A stretch of 64,000 nucleotides of DNA from Clostridia bacterium (GCA_017440465.1 JAFSHF010000024.1:298-64297), one strand, 5' to 3'. Positions 27,554-37,115 are shown, counted from the first letter of the stretch. Numbers and translations: made by a program. The notes: generated by a model from the sequence alone, not told the origin.

Positions 27554-27909
27554 TCGCTCCACTCCTTTACATAGGCTTTCACCGCTTCGGGTGCTACCCC
27601 CAAAGCCGCCATCTCTTTGAAATAAGCGGCGGTCTTTTCGCCGATGATGGCTTCCAGCACCGCCTTGGCGCGGGAGATATCCGCACCCACAAACCAGCCC
27701 GAGCCGCGCACTGAATATAAAATGCCGCTCCGCTCCAGCTCTTCAAAGGCGCGCTGGACAGTATTGGGATTGACTCCCGCCGCTACCGCCACCTCGCGCA
27801 CCGACATCAGCCGCTGATCCGGCTGAAATTCGCCGCCGGCAATTCCAACGCAGATCTGTTCGCAGATCTGCGGGCAAAGGGGGCGATCTTTATTCAATGT
27901 CCAAACCAT
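27550..27909 (-). CDS. GntR-family (YtrA-type) transcriptional regulator
   Basis: 119 aa with the winged helix SVREVAVAAGVNPNTVQRAFEELERSGILYSVRGSGWFV. Confidence 0.85.
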   Translation of the reverse strand: MVWTLNKDRPLCPQICEQICVGIAGGEFQPDQRLMSVREVAVAAGVNPNTVQRAFEELERSGILYSVRGSGWFVGADISRAKAVLEAIIGEKTAAYFKEMAALGVAPEAVKAYVKEWSE

Positions 27910-27922
27910 GGATCCACCTCCA

Positions 27923-27947
27923 TACTGTACTACTGTACTAATACAGT
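27923..27947. promoter_or_regulatory. Candidate YtrA-type operator
   Basis: Tandem TACTGTAC TACTGTAC, then the palindrome ACTGTA-CTAA-TACAGT (27932-27947), just upstream of the GntR start. Confidence 0.35.
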
Positions 27948-27982
27948 AACACAGTTTATGTCGATTGTCAATAGCTTATGAC

Positions 27983-28016
27983 AAAAAAATTCCCTTGCGC
28001 GTTGCAAGGGAATTTT
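27983..28016 (-). terminator. Rho-independent terminator
   Basis: AAATTCCCTTGC-GCGT-GCAAGGGAATTT with a T7 run on the minus strand. Confidence 0.65.
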
Positions 28017-28018
28017 CA

Positions 28019-28744
28019 TTATATAAAGTAATAGATCAAGAAAAACAGACCAAACAAAATCGGCTGATGGGCGATATAGATCCAAAGAGAGTTTCTGCCG
28101 ATCCATTCGATGGGGCGCAGACGCGCGGTATAAAACCACTTGGGCAGCTTGCCGTCCTTCACCGCGGGACCTAAGAATGTTCCCGCCAAGAATAAGAAGA
28201 AATAGGGCAGGAGCGGATAGTAGTCGGCGGAATAGAACCCCGCGGGGGTAATTCCCACCACCGCTTTGCAGTTTTCCGCCCAAGCCATACCTTCACAGGT
28301 GATGACCGCCAGCCAAAAGATAAATAATGCCGCCGCGGTCGCGATGGGCACCCAACGCTTTTGGCAGGTGAACAGCCCATAAAGGAGCATCGAAAGCCCA
28401 AACATATGCAAAATGCCGAACCAGATCTGCAAGCCATCGATGCCGATGGCGGGCAACACCACACCGGTCGCCAGCGTCACCAGCAACGCCGCTCCGCTGA
28501 CGATCAGCCCGCGGCGCAGAACGCTGCGGGAGAAGGCGGTGCAGATACCGCTGATCAGCAAAAACAGCCCGACAAAAATTTCCTGCAATACCCAAAAGGT
28601 TTTGGTCTGCAACACCCAAAATTCAATCGGCGCGCCAAACATATAGGAGACCTGCTCCAAGGCAAACAGCCCGTGATGAAGCACCATCCCGCAGACCGCG
28701 ATGCCCCGCAGCCAATCCAATATATAGATGCGGGATTGGGTCAT
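28019..28744 (-). CDS. DUF1624 / heparan-alpha-glucosaminide N-acetyltransferase-like membrane protein
   Basis: N-terminal RIYILDWLRGIAV motif. Polytopic, 241 aa. Confidence 0.65.
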   Translation of the reverse strand: MTQSRIYILDWLRGIAVCGMVLHHGLFALEQVSYMFGAPIEFWVLQTKTFWVLQEIFVGLFLLISGICTAFSRSVLRRGLIVSGAALLVTLATGVVLPAIGIDGLQIWFGILHMFGLSMLLYGLFTCQKRWVPIATAAALFIFWLAVITCEGMAWAENCKAVVGITPAGFYSADYYPLLPYFFLFLAGTFLGPAVKDGKLPKWFYTARLRPIEWIGRNSLWIYIAHQPILFGLFFLIYYFI

Positions 28745-29193
28745 GCCTTTTTCTTCAGAACGGATTTGCGGGTCTCTTCGATCGCCGCGCTGCTCTTATT
28801 GAGGCTATCGGCGGTACGCGCCAAGATACTGTCGCAATATTCAACAACGGAATTGCGCAGTTCTTTGGCGTTTTGCTGGGCCTGCGCGATGATCTCCTGC
28901 GCTTGCTGCTGCGCCTCGCGATAGACGTTCTCCTGGGAGATCAGTTTATCGGCCTTGGCGCGGGCGGTATTAATGGTCAATTCCGCTTCCTCGCGGCCCT
29001 GCAGAATAATGCGGTCCCGCTTGGCAATGATCTCGTTGCTCTGGCGGATCTCTTCGGGCAGAGAAGCGCGCAGGTCGGTGATCATCTCCTGCAACTCCAC
29101 AGTGCTGACCACGCACTTACCGCCGGAAAGGGGCATACTCCAAGCGTCTTCCAAAAGGTCTTCCATTGCTACCAAAATTTCTTCGATCTTCAT
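28741..29193 (-). CDS. Coiled-coil protein of unknown function
   Basis: 150 aa, highly charged with heptad-like character (AQQQAQEIIAQAQQNAKEL). Coupled downstream of coaD. Confidence 0.5.
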   Translation of the reverse strand: MKIEEILVAMEDLLEDAWSMPLSGGKCVVSTVELQEMITDLRASLPEEIRQSNEIIAKRDRIILQGREEAELTINTARAKADKLISQENVYREAQQQAQEIIAQAQQNAKELRNSVVEYCDSILARTADSLNKSSAAIEETRKSVLKKKA

Positions 29194-29214
29194 CCTAATA
29201 GTCTCCTTTATTTT

Positions 29215-29706
29215 TTATCTATTATCTGTTGCGTCTATTGCGTTTTTAATATCATCAATTACTGCGGGATGGACAAAGTCCGATATATCCCCGCCGTTGC
29301 GCGCCACTTCCTTGACAATGCTGGAGGAAAGGTACATATACTTGGCGTTGGTATTTAAGAACAAGGTCTCCACCTCGCGATTGAGTTTCTTATTAATCAG
29401 CGCCATCTGGAATTCATACTCAAAATCCGTCACCGCGCGCAGGCCCTTGACAATGGCGATGGCGTCGTTTTCTTTGGCGCAATCCACCAAAAGCCCCGAA
29501 AAGGTAATGACCTCCACATTGGGTAGATCGGTGATGCACCGCTCTAAAAGTTCGATCCGCTTTTCCACCGAAAAGAGCGGTTTTTTGGAGCTGTTCTTCA
29601 GCACCGCCACATAAACCTTATCAAAAAGTTTGGCGGAGCGGGAGATGATATCCAAATGCCCCAAGGTCACCGGATCAAAGGAACCGGGGCAGATCGCTAT
29701 TCTCAT
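29215..29706 (-). CDS. coaD: Phosphopantetheine adenylyltransferase
   Basis: [21 protein letters not shown] (nucleotidyltransferase T/HxGH motif). 163 aa. Confidence 0.9.
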   Translation of the reverse strand: MRIAICPGSFDPVTLGHLDIISRSAKLFDKVYVAVLKNSSKKPLFSVEKRIELLERCITDLPNVEVITFSGLLVDCAKENDAIAIVKGLRAVTDFEYEFQMALINKKLNREVETLFLNTNAKYMYLSSSIVKEVARNGGDISDFVHPAVIDDIKNAIDATDNR

Positions 29707-30257
29707 TCTTCTGTCCTCCTCTTTTCCAAGAGCGTGATTTTCACTGTCCCCTGGCGGTATTCCTTGCGCAGAGCCAAGCCCTCAAAGGAAAATTCCTCAT
29801 CGCTGCCGCTCTCCACCGCCACCAAGGAACCCTCCGCCAACAGCGGTGTCAGACGCTTTAAAGCATCCTCCGCCAGCCCTTTGCGGTAGGGCGGGTCCAA
29901 AAAGACCAGATCGGGCCTTTTCATATCCCTTTCTATCATTTTAACACACATAATATAGTCTGTGCAAGTCACTTTTGCATCTTTTTCAAATCCACATTCC
30001 TGCAGATTTTTTTGAATGATCCGAACCGCCGCGGGATTGCTGTCGTTGAAATGGCAAAAGGCCGCCCCGCGGGATAGGGCCTCCAGCCCCAGCTGACCGC
30101 TGCCGCCGAAGAGATCCAGAACATAGCGGTCGGCAAGTTCAAATTGGATCGCCGAAAAGAGTGCTTGCTTCAGCCGCTCCAAGGTCGGGCGGGTATCTTC
30201 TCCCTCCAAGGTGGCAAGGCGTTTGCCCCGCTTGGTTCCTGCGATAATTCGCATCAT
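29703..30257 (-). CDS. rsmD: 16S rRNA (guanine966-N2)-methyltransferase
   Basis: [12 protein letters not shown]...[17 protein letters not shown] and DPPY motifs. rsmD-coaD order. Confidence 0.85.
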   Translation of the reverse strand: MMRIIAGTKRGKRLATLEGEDTRPTLERLKQALFSAIQFELADRYVLDLFGGSGQLGLEALSRGAAFCHFNDSNPAAVRIIQKNLQECGFEKDAKVTCTDYIMCVKMIERDMKRPDLVFLDPPYRKGLAEDALKRLTPLLAEGSLVAVESGSDEEFSFEGLALRKEYRQGTVKITLLEKRRTEE

Positions 30258-32053
30258 TGCTTTGTTCCTCCGTAATACGCAAAAATCTGCTCCGCCAAGG
30301 AAAGCGGGATGCCCGCCTTGGTTGCGATCTCCTGCGCGGTACTCTCGCCGATCCCCTTGGGGAAGGCTTTTTTAAATTTCTTCAGCCGCGCAGGGCCCAT
30401 CCCCGCCAGATCCAATAAGGGGGAACGGACCATCTTTTTGCTGTGTTTTTTCTTCATATAGGTGATGGCGTAGCGGTGGACCTCCTCCTGCAGGGCAGAA
30501 AAGAAGCCATAGAGCGTAGGATCGCTCCGCAGGTCCACTTCCCCATCGAAAGAGACCAGCCCGCGGGTCTTATGCCTGCGGTCCTTCACCAAGCCGAATA
30601 AGGGGATCTCCCCGCAGAGCTCCTTCACCGCGTTGATATGCTGCAATCCGCCGTCCATCAAGATCAGATCGGGCTTGCCGCCGAATTCCTCATCGCCCAG
30701 ATGGGCAAGGCGGCGGGAGAGCATCTGCCGCGTGGCGGCATAATCATCCTGCTGATATTGGTCGCGGATCTCAAATTTTCGATAGGCACTGCGCTTGAAT
30801 TTGCCGTCTTCCCAGACGATCATCCCGCCCACCATCGATTCACTGCCGAAATTGGAAATATCATACATTTCGATGCGGTTGGGCGGCTCTTTCAGCCCCA
30901 AGGTCTGGGCGATGAGCAGGGCGGTCTTGCGAACGCGATCTCCGCCCGCCTGCCGCTCCGCCAATTTTTCCGAAGCGTTTTTACGGCAAAGCTCCAAAAG
31001 CTCCGCCCCCTTGCCTCGCTGCGGGCAACGCAGATGCACCGCCGAGCCCCGCAGATCCGAAAGGTACTGTGTCAAAAGTTCTGCCTCCTGCGGCAGAGCA
31101 GGCAACAAGATTTCCTTCGGCACCTGCTCTTTCTCTCGATAATACCGTTGCAAAAAGGCACCGATCCAATCGTCCTCCAGCCCCTCCTGCAAAATCTCGG
31201 TATCCTGCATCAGCAGGCGGCCGTTGCGGATCACCAAAACCCCCACCGCCAAAAGGTCGCCCAACCGAACCGCATCCAGAACATCGCGGTCCAGATGCTC
31301 CTTATCGGTGACGATCTGGCTTTGGCGCAGGTTTTCAATTTTACGGATGCGATCTCTGAGGGCTGCCGCCTTTTCAAACTGCAGATGGTCGGCGGCGCGC
31401 TCCATCTTTGCCTGCAGTTCCTGCAGCAACAGGCGGTAGTCCCCTTTCAAAAAGTCCATTACCTCGCCCAATCGCTCCCGATACTGCTCTTGCGAGACCT
31501 TGCCGGTGCAGACCCCCATACAACAACCGATATGGTGCCTTAGGCACGGCCGCCCCTTGCGGAAATCCCGCGGGAACTTGCGGTTGCAGGTGACCAGCCC
31601 GAAAAGATCATTGGCGGTGCGGACAATCTCTGCCGCCGCGCCCATTTGAGGGTAGGGGCCATAGACCTGCATCCCCTCCCGATTTTCGCGGCGGATCACC
31701 TTTAATTGCGGGTAAGGCTCCCGCAGATCCAACGCCACATAGGGATAAGTTTTATCGTCCTTTAAAAGAATGTTGTATTTCGGGTTATGCTCCTTGATGA
31801 GGACATTTTCCAAAATCAGCGCTTCCATCTCGGAATTGACGCAGATATAATCGAAATCCGCCACCTTCTGCACCATCGCCATCACCTTGGCGGTATGGCT
31901 TTTGACGCCGGTGAAATAGGAGGTCACGCGGTTTTTCAGATTCTTTGCCTTGCCGATGTAAATAATCGTTCCGTCCCGATCTTTCATCAGGTAAACCCCC
32001 GGGCGGGCGGTGAGCACCTTGAGCTTATCGGTGACTGCTTTTGGAAATTGCAT
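30254..32053 (-). CDS. uvrC: Excinuclease ABC subunit C
   Basis: GIY-YIG (GVYLMKDRDGTIIYIGKAKNLKNRV), UVR domain and C-terminal HhH. ATG 32053 is preceded by AGGAGG. Confidence 0.95.
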   Translation of the reverse strand: MQFPKAVTDKLKVLTARPGVYLMKDRDGTIIYIGKAKNLKNRVTSYFTGVKSHTAKVMAMVQKVADFDYICVNSEMEALILENVLIKEHNPKYNILLKDDKTYPYVALDLREPYPQLKVIRRENREGMQVYGPYPQMGAAAEIVRTANDLFGLVTCNRKFPRDFRKGRPCLRHHIGCCMGVCTGKVSQEQYRERLGEVMDFLKGDYRLLLQELQAKMERAADHLQFEKAAALRDRIRKIENLRQSQIVTDKEHLDRDVLDAVRLGDLLAVGVLVIRNGRLLMQDTEILQEGLEDDWIGAFLQRYYREKEQVPKEILLPALPQEAELLTQYLSDLRGSAVHLRCPQRGKGAELLELCRKNASEKLAERQAGGDRVRKTALLIAQTLGLKEPPNRIEMYDISNFGSESMVGGMIVWEDGKFKRSAYRKFEIRDQYQQDDYAATRQMLSRRLAHLGDEEFGGKPDLILMDGGLQHINAVKELCGEIPLFGLVKDRRHKTRGLVSFDGEVDLRSDPTLYGFFSALQEEVHRYAITYMKKKHSKKMVRSPLLDLAGMGPARLKKFKKAFPKGIGESTAQEIATKAGIPLSLAEQIFAYYGGTKQ

Positions 32054-32109
32054 CGCGTTGCCTCCTTTCTTTTTCTTCATTATATGCTTGTGTCAAGTTA
32101 GGAACAAAT

Positions 32110-32511
32110 TTAACCATCGGCTCCCTCTGACGAGGGAGCTGTCAGCGAAGCTGACTGAGGGAGAGATTTCTTAACAGTCAAGTCAATATATTCGCATACA
32201 CCGCTAAAATTACGGTCAATATCTAAATTGCAAATTCTTAAAACTGTTAAATTCATACTCTCTAATTCTTTTGTGCGAACTTTATCTTTTTCTGTTTGTT
32301 CGGCAGTATAATGTCCACCACCGTCAAGCTCAACTATAAGTCTTGCTTTTGCACAATAAAAATCCGCTATGTAATTTCCAATAGTTTTTTGCCTTTGAAA
32401 CCTTATGGGGTAATATCTTAAAAACTCATACCAAAGTTTTCGTTCCCAAGGTGTCATATTTTTCCTTAAAGTTCTCGCAAGAGGGATATTGGCTTTATTA
32501 TACTCTTTCAT
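32110..32511 (-). CDS. DUF559 (Vsr-like endonuclease fold) domain protein
   Basis: ARTLRKNMTPWERKLWYEFLR...YIADFYCAKARLIVELDGGGH...D..R...L. ATG 32511 (MKEYNK). The C-terminal tail LPQSASLTAPSSEGADG is translated from the hairpin repeat. Confidence 0.8.
   Translation of the reverse strand: MKEYNKANIPLARTLRKNMTPWERKLWYEFLRYYPIRFQRQKTIGNYIADFYCAKARLIVELDGGGHYTAEQTEKDKVRTKELESMNLTVLRICNLDIDRNFSGVCEYIDLTVKKSLPQSASLTAPSSEGADG
32121..32138. repeat. Self-complementary 18-nt motif CTCCCTCTGACGAGGGAG (left flank / 3' end of the DUF559 gene)
   Basis: Exact reverse complement of 32547-32564. A second hairpin GTCAGC-GAA-GCTGAC follows at 32141-32155. Confidence 0.85.
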
Positions 32512-32546
32512 TGTCTCTCCCTCCGTCAAAACTAAAGTTTTGCCAC

Positions 32547-32564
32547 CTCCCTCGTCAGAGGGAG
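32547..32564. repeat. Self-complementary 18-nt motif CTCCCTCGTCAGAGGGAG (right flank of the DUF559 gene)
   Basis: Exact reverse complement of 32121-32138. Confidence 0.85.
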
Positions 32565-32666
32565 GCTAAGGCTGTATTTCCTCAAGTTGGAATTTCTGCA
32601 TAATAACAAGTATTTTTTAGTTTTAATATAACATTTATCACTAAGATTTTCAAGTTAAATATATAA

Positions 32667-32705
32667 ATAGAGTTATCCCGTTATTTCGGGATAACTCTAT
32701 TTTTT
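32667..32705. terminator. Terminator hairpin after the lipoprotein gene
   Basis: ATAGAGTTATCCCG-TTATTT-CGGGATAACTCTAT followed by TTTTT. Confidence 0.65.
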
Positions 32706-32757
32706 GATGGTATGACGGCTATTCCTGCCTTACTTTTACTTTATTTCTAATCGAGCA

Positions 32758-33873
32758 TTAAAACAGTGGTGAAAAATCTGCATTATAATAATGACATTTC
32801 TTGGAATTCATACCGCCGCTTACCAACAATATTATTCCGTCTTCAATATAACCTGTTGACAAATTATCAACGCTCAGTTCTCCCACCAATTCACCTTTGC
32901 TATTAAAGCTACTAAGTTTCTTCATAGGTTTATCATAAAAAACAGTGTTCTCGCCATCGAATTTAATCCAACTCCACATAAACTCAGTAAAATTCACCAT
33001 TTCCACAGGTTCAAATAAAAACTCCCCTTTTTCATCAACAAGAGTCCAAAAACGTTTCCCGGCTTGTTGATTACGGAAAATAACAGGCACTTTACCATTT
33101 TTATAAGTATTATTACCGGTACTTTCAATATTACTAAGATTACTCAAATTCACCATTATTTCTTCGTTACTGTTTCTGAATGTATTATCCGTATAACACA
33201 TCCAGGTTTCCGAAGGAAATTTAATATTTACCGATTCCGATACCTCGCCTGTTTTTACATTTAAATATTTTTTGCAACCATCAAAATAAACTATCTCATT
33301 CGCAAAAAATGACTCTGTGTTTTGTGCAGAAGTCGTCCATAAATTTTCACTCAATTCATTATAAAGCTTTTCAGAAGGTTGTAATACCCATTCAAAGTCT
33401 GTGTTCATAATACCAAGTTCATTTTTAGAAGAACTATAATCGGCTGTTTCTTTGGTTGCAACAATGTAGCCCCCATTAAGTGCAACTCCATAAAAATATG
33501 TAGCTCCTACATCCTGAGGATAAGTGATTTTTCCGTTTATATCACAAATTCCTCCATCAACTAAGGCATATCCGTTTATAAATTTTTCATAAATCTCGCC
33601 AAAAACAGGTTGAATTTTATTTTCAAGTTCGAAAACGATATTGCCCTGTTTGTCAATACAATATGCCTTTTCTTTATTGCCATCAAGACAAACAAATGCA
33701 AGACCGTTCGAAAAAACTGATGCGGCAGTAATTTCGCCCTTTATTTTTTTGCCTGTATGTTCAACTACAATTTTCTCTGAATCGTCACCATCAATTTTCG
33801 TCTTTTCCTCACCACAAGCAGATAGCGACAACACCATAGCCACTACTAATACTAACGACAAAATTCTCTTCAT
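32758..33873 (-). CDS. Uncharacterised lipoprotein (WG/KWG-repeat-like), AT-rich gene
   Basis: Lipobox LSLSAC. 371 aa. Recurrent aromatic-Gly beta-repeat-like segments (NGLAFV, NGYALV, NGGYIV). Confidence 0.55.
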   Translation of the reverse strand: MKRILSLVLVVAMVLSLSACGEEKTKIDGDDSEKIVVEHTGKKIKGEITAASVFSNGLAFVCLDGNKEKAYCIDKQGNIVFELENKIQPVFGEIYEKFINGYALVDGGICDINGKITYPQDVGATYFYGVALNGGYIVATKETADYSSSKNELGIMNTDFEWVLQPSEKLYNELSENLWTTSAQNTESFFANEIVYFDGCKKYLNVKTGEVSESVNIKFPSETWMCYTDNTFRNSNEEIMVNLSNLSNIESTGNNTYKNGKVPVIFRNQQAGKRFWTLVDEKGEFLFEPVEMVNFTEFMWSWIKFDGENTVFYDKPMKKLSSFNSKGELVGELSVDNLSTGYIEDGIILLVSGGMNSKKCHYYNADFSPLF

Positions 33874-33890
33874 TATTTTTCCTCCTTTAT

Positions 33891-33936
33891 ATTAACCGAT
33901 ATTGGTTAATATTATTATATACCAAAATCGGTTAAT
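33891..33936. promoter_or_regulatory. Candidate operator set in the divergent lipoprotein/XRE intergenic region
   Basis: Near-palindrome ATTAACCGAT/ATTGGTTAAT (33891-33910) plus a third exact half-site ATCGGTTAAT (33927-33936). Confidence 0.4.
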
Positions 33937-33961
33937 ATGTCAATATGGAGGATTGTATTTT

Positions 33962-34171
33962 ATGATTTCCTATGACAAGTTATGGCAAACTATGAAAGAA
34001 AAAGGTGTCACACAGTATACGCTTATTAAAAAATATAATATCAGTCCCGGTCAAATCACACGATTAAAGCGAAACGAAAGTGTCAGTACACATACAATAG
34101 AAATGTTTTGTAAAATTTTAAAATGTAATGTCGAAGATATTATGCAATATGTCGATGATGAAAATTTATAA
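33962..34171 (+). CDS. XRE/Cro-type helix-turn-helix regulator
   Basis: MISYDKLWQTMKEKGVTQYTLIKKYNISPGQITRLKRNESVSTHTIEMFCKIL. ATG 33962 follows GGAGG. Confidence 0.8.
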   Translation: MISYDKLWQTMKEKGVTQYTLIKKYNISPGQITRLKRNESVSTHTIEMFCKILKCNVEDIMQYVDDENL

Positions 34172-34173
34172 CC

Positions 34174-34204
34174 AAGCAGGGAACCAATCCCTGCTTTCGT
34201 TTTG
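34174..34204 (+). terminator. Terminator hairpin
   Basis: AAGCAGGGA-ACCAA-TCCCTGCTT followed by TCGTTTT. Confidence 0.55.
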
Positions 34205-34234
34205 CCCTATTGTAAAGCACATCATAGGTTTTGC

Positions 34235-34263
34235 TTGAATGCTACTGTTTAATATGGTAGAAT
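34235..34263 (+). promoter_or_regulatory. Sigma-A type promoter for the HAD/thrH genes
   Basis: TTGAAT, a 17-nt spacer, then TAGAAT. Confidence 0.45.
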
Positions 34264-34297
34264 GATAGAAAAATAAAGCAAAAGGACGCATATACCA

Positions 34298-34936
34298 ATG
34301 ATCAAACTCATCGCATTTGATATGGACGGCACCTTGACCGATTCCGGCAGGCTGATCACCGCCTTTGCCAATCGGGTCTTGGCGCACTACGGAAAGGAGC
34401 CGCTGCCCGCCAAACGCATCCACAGTTATGTGGGCGCGGGCGCCAAATATCTGCTGCAGGGCGTGCTGGAGGAAGCGGGTGCCAAGGTCTCTGCCGACGA
34501 AGCCTATCCTTATTACGACAGTCTTTATGCGGAGGTATCCCCCGACCTCGTTTCCGCCTACGACGGTGTGAAGGAAATGCTGACCGCCTTGGGCGAGAAA
34601 GGCATTCGGCGGGTGGTGCTCTCCAACCGCCCCCATAATCAGACCTTACGCATCTGCAAGGTGGCATTACCGGGGTTGCTGGACGAAGTATACGGCCAGC
34701 GGGAAGGCATCCCCATGAAGCCCGACCCCACCGCGCTGCACACCATTCTGAAAGAGAACAGCGTATCCTTGGAGGAATGCCTTTATGTGGGCGATATGCA
34801 TTTCGATGTGGACGTTGCCATCAATGCGGGGGTGAAGTCCGTCGGCTGCGTTTGGGGCTTGGGCGGCTACGAGCAGGTAAAAAATGCCGACTTTGTCATC
34901 GAAAATGCGATGGATCTCTTGAAAATACTTGAATAA
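34298..34936 (+). CDS. HAD-IA hydrolase (phosphoglycolate-phosphatase-like)
   Basis: Motif I FDMDGTL and motif IV YVGDMHFD. 212 aa. Confidence 0.8.
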   Translation: MIKLIAFDMDGTLTDSGRLITAFANRVLAHYGKEPLPAKRIHSYVGAGAKYLLQGVLEEAGAKVSADEAYPYYDSLYAEVSPDLVSAYDGVKEMLTALGEKGIRRVVLSNRPHNQTLRICKVALPGLLDEVYGQREGIPMKPDPTALHTILKENSVSLEECLYVGDMHFDVDVAINAGVKSVGCVWGLGGYEQVKNADFVIENAMDLLKILE

Positions 34937-34991
34937 TCGCCAAAATTTTGGTATGATTACTTATAGACAAAAACTATGGGAGGCTATCATT

Positions 34992-35591
34992 ATGAATATT
35001 GTTTGTTTAGATATGGAAGGTGTATTGGTTCCGGAGATCTGGATCGCTTTTGCCGAAGCCAGCGGCATCCCCGCCTTAAAACGTACCACGCGGGACGAGC
35101 CGGACTATGATAAATTGATGCAATATCGCTTGGATATTTTGAAGGAGCACGGACTGGGCTTGAAAGAAATTCAGGAGACCATCGCCAAGATCGATCCCCT
35201 GCCCGGTGCCAAAGAGTTTTTGGACGAACTGCGCCGCACCACCCAGACCATCATTCTGAGCGATACCTTTGAGCAATTTGCCGCACCGCTGATGGAAAAA
35301 TTGGGGATGCCCACCATCTTCTGCAACACCTTGGAGGTGGCGGAGGACGGCACCATCACCGGCTATAAAATGCGGGTGGAAAAATCCAAGCTCTCCACCG
35401 TCAAAGCCCTGCAATCCATCGGATTTGATACCATCGCCGCCGGCGACAGTTTCAACGATTTAGGAATGATCCTCAACAGTAAAGCAGGGTTCCTTTTCAA
35501 ATCCACCGATGCCATCAAAAAGGAGTATCCCGAACTTCCTGCTTATGAAGAGTTCGACGATTTACTCGCTGCTATTAAGGCAGCTCTGTAA
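34992..35591 (+). CDS. thrH: Phosphoserine phosphatase / homoserine phosphotransferase ThrH
   Basis: MNIVCLDMEGVLVPEIWIAFAE...ILSDTFEQFAAPLM...AAGDSFND closely follows the ThrH sequence I recall. ATG 34992 follows GGGAGG. Confidence 0.85.
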   Translation: MNIVCLDMEGVLVPEIWIAFAEASGIPALKRTTRDEPDYDKLMQYRLDILKEHGLGLKEIQETIAKIDPLPGAKEFLDELRRTTQTIILSDTFEQFAAPLMEKLGMPTIFCNTLEVAEDGTITGYKMRVEKSKLSTVKALQSIGFDTIAAGDSFNDLGMILNSKAGFLFKSTDAIKKEYPELPAYEEFDDLLAAIKAAL

Positions 35592-35732
35592 TCAACAAAA
35601 AACATATAAAAAACACCGCGCAGAGCCAATTCTGCGCGGTGTAAAAATACACTGCCACCGGGTAGCATTCGCTTGCATCGTTAGGTCTTTGAAGATGCAA
35701 AACAGCGGATGCTTCTTTTTTTGGAGATGTTT

Positions 35733-36416
35733 ATGAAACAACAATACTTTACCAAAATAGAACTTTATTTATGGTTCGGTTCCATCGGGCTGATCCTCGG
35801 TTCCTTTATCCTTTTTGACCGCGCCAATGTTCTCACCTTGATCGCTTCTCTGATCGGGGTGACCTCTTTGATCTTCAGCGCCAAGGGCAATCCCATCGGG
35901 CAGCTTTTGATGCTGTTCTTCAGCGCGCTCTACGGCATCATCTCCTATCGATTTGCCTATTACGGCGAGATGATCACCTATCTGGGTATGACCGCGCCGA
36001 TGGCACTTTTTGCATTGATCGCCTGGCTGCGCCATCCCTTTAAGGGCAACAAAGCAGAGGTGGAGATTCGCCACATCAACGGCTTGGAGCTTGGGATCAT
36101 CGCCGCCCTTTCGGCGTTGGTCACGCTGCTTTTTTATTTCATCTTAAAATATTTCCATACCGCCAATCTTGCTTTAAGCACCCTTTCGGTCACCACCAGC
36201 TTTATTGCCGTCGCCCTCACCTATCGACGCAGCCCCTATTACGCGCTGGCTTATGCCGCCAACGATGTCGTTTTGATCGTCCTTTGGGTCTTGGCCACCG
36301 TGCAGGATCGCTCCTATCTTTCGGTAACGGTCTGCTTTATCATCTTTTTAATCAACGATCTTTACGGTTATTTCAATTGGAAACAGATGCGTAAAAAGCA
36401 AACAGAGAAGGATTAA
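35733..36416 (+). CDS. pnuC: Nicotinamide riboside/mononucleotide transporter PnuC family
   Basis: Polytopic protein of about 227 aa with a C-terminal NDLYGYFNW motif. ATG 35733 is preferred. Confidence 0.75.
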   Translation: MKQQYFTKIELYLWFGSIGLILGSFILFDRANVLTLIASLIGVTSLIFSAKGNPIGQLLMLFFSALYGIISYRFAYYGEMITYLGMTAPMALFALIAWLRHPFKGNKAEVEIRHINGLELGIIAALSALVTLLFYFILKYFHTANLALSTLSVTTSFIAVALTYRRSPYYALAYAANDVVLIVLWVLATVQDRSYLSVTVCFIIFLINDLYGYFNWKQMRKKQTEKD

Positions 36417-37018
36417 TCCTTCTCTGTTTTATATTGCAACCAACCAATAATTTGCCCCGACAATAAAACCGTCAATAAGGAATAGCCCAGCCGTTGCCAA
36501 GGGATATAGGTGGCGGAAAGAGCCAAGACCGAAAGATCGCTGATAAGATAGACCCATTGGATCTTGCATTTCATCGCCGAAGATAAACTCATTGCCAAGG
36601 CATCATCGCCGGTGGGCGCGCCGCCCATCCGCACGCAAAGCCCTACCCCGACACCGACAAAGCAAGCACCCAGCACCGCCGCCAAGAGCGGATGGTCGGC
36701 GATTGGGGGATACAGCGGCGGGAAACATTCCAAAATGCGATAAAAGACCGAAAAGCCCCCAGCCGCGATGGCGGAGTAGGCAAGGAATTGCTTACCGAGC
36801 AATTTCCAACCCAAAAGGTAGCAAAGCGCATTTAACACCAAGCCCGAAAGGGCGGGCGAAAGCTCCAGCCAATGATCCAGCAGCAAGGAAAGGCCCAAAA
36901 CGCCCCCTTCGGTCACCGCCGAGATCGAATGAATGTTATATAATCCAAACGCCAGGATCATACTCCCCAAAAGGCTGACCAAAATATTTTTTGTTTTTAA
37001 ACTTTTCAGCAAATTCAT
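36413..37018 (-). CDS. YitT-like (DUF161) membrane protein without the C-terminal soluble domain
   Basis: 201 aa, polytopic. GGAPTGDDALAM-type segment as in the YitT family. Confidence 0.65.
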   Translation of the reverse strand: MNLLKSLKTKNILVSLLGSMILAFGLYNIHSISAVTEGGVLGLSLLLDHWLELSPALSGLVLNALCYLLGWKLLGKQFLAYSAIAAGGFSVFYRILECFPPLYPPIADHPLLAAVLGACFVGVGVGLCVRMGGAPTGDDALAMSLSSAMKCKIQWVYLISDLSVLALSATYIPWQRLGYSLLTVLLSGQIIGWLQYKTEKD

Positions 37019-37115
37019 AAGGATATTATACGCTCTTGCGCTGAGAAAAGCAAATAAAAAACCTTTATTTTTCCATCATTCTATGCTATGATAAAGAAAA
37101 AGGAGGAATGTTCCT

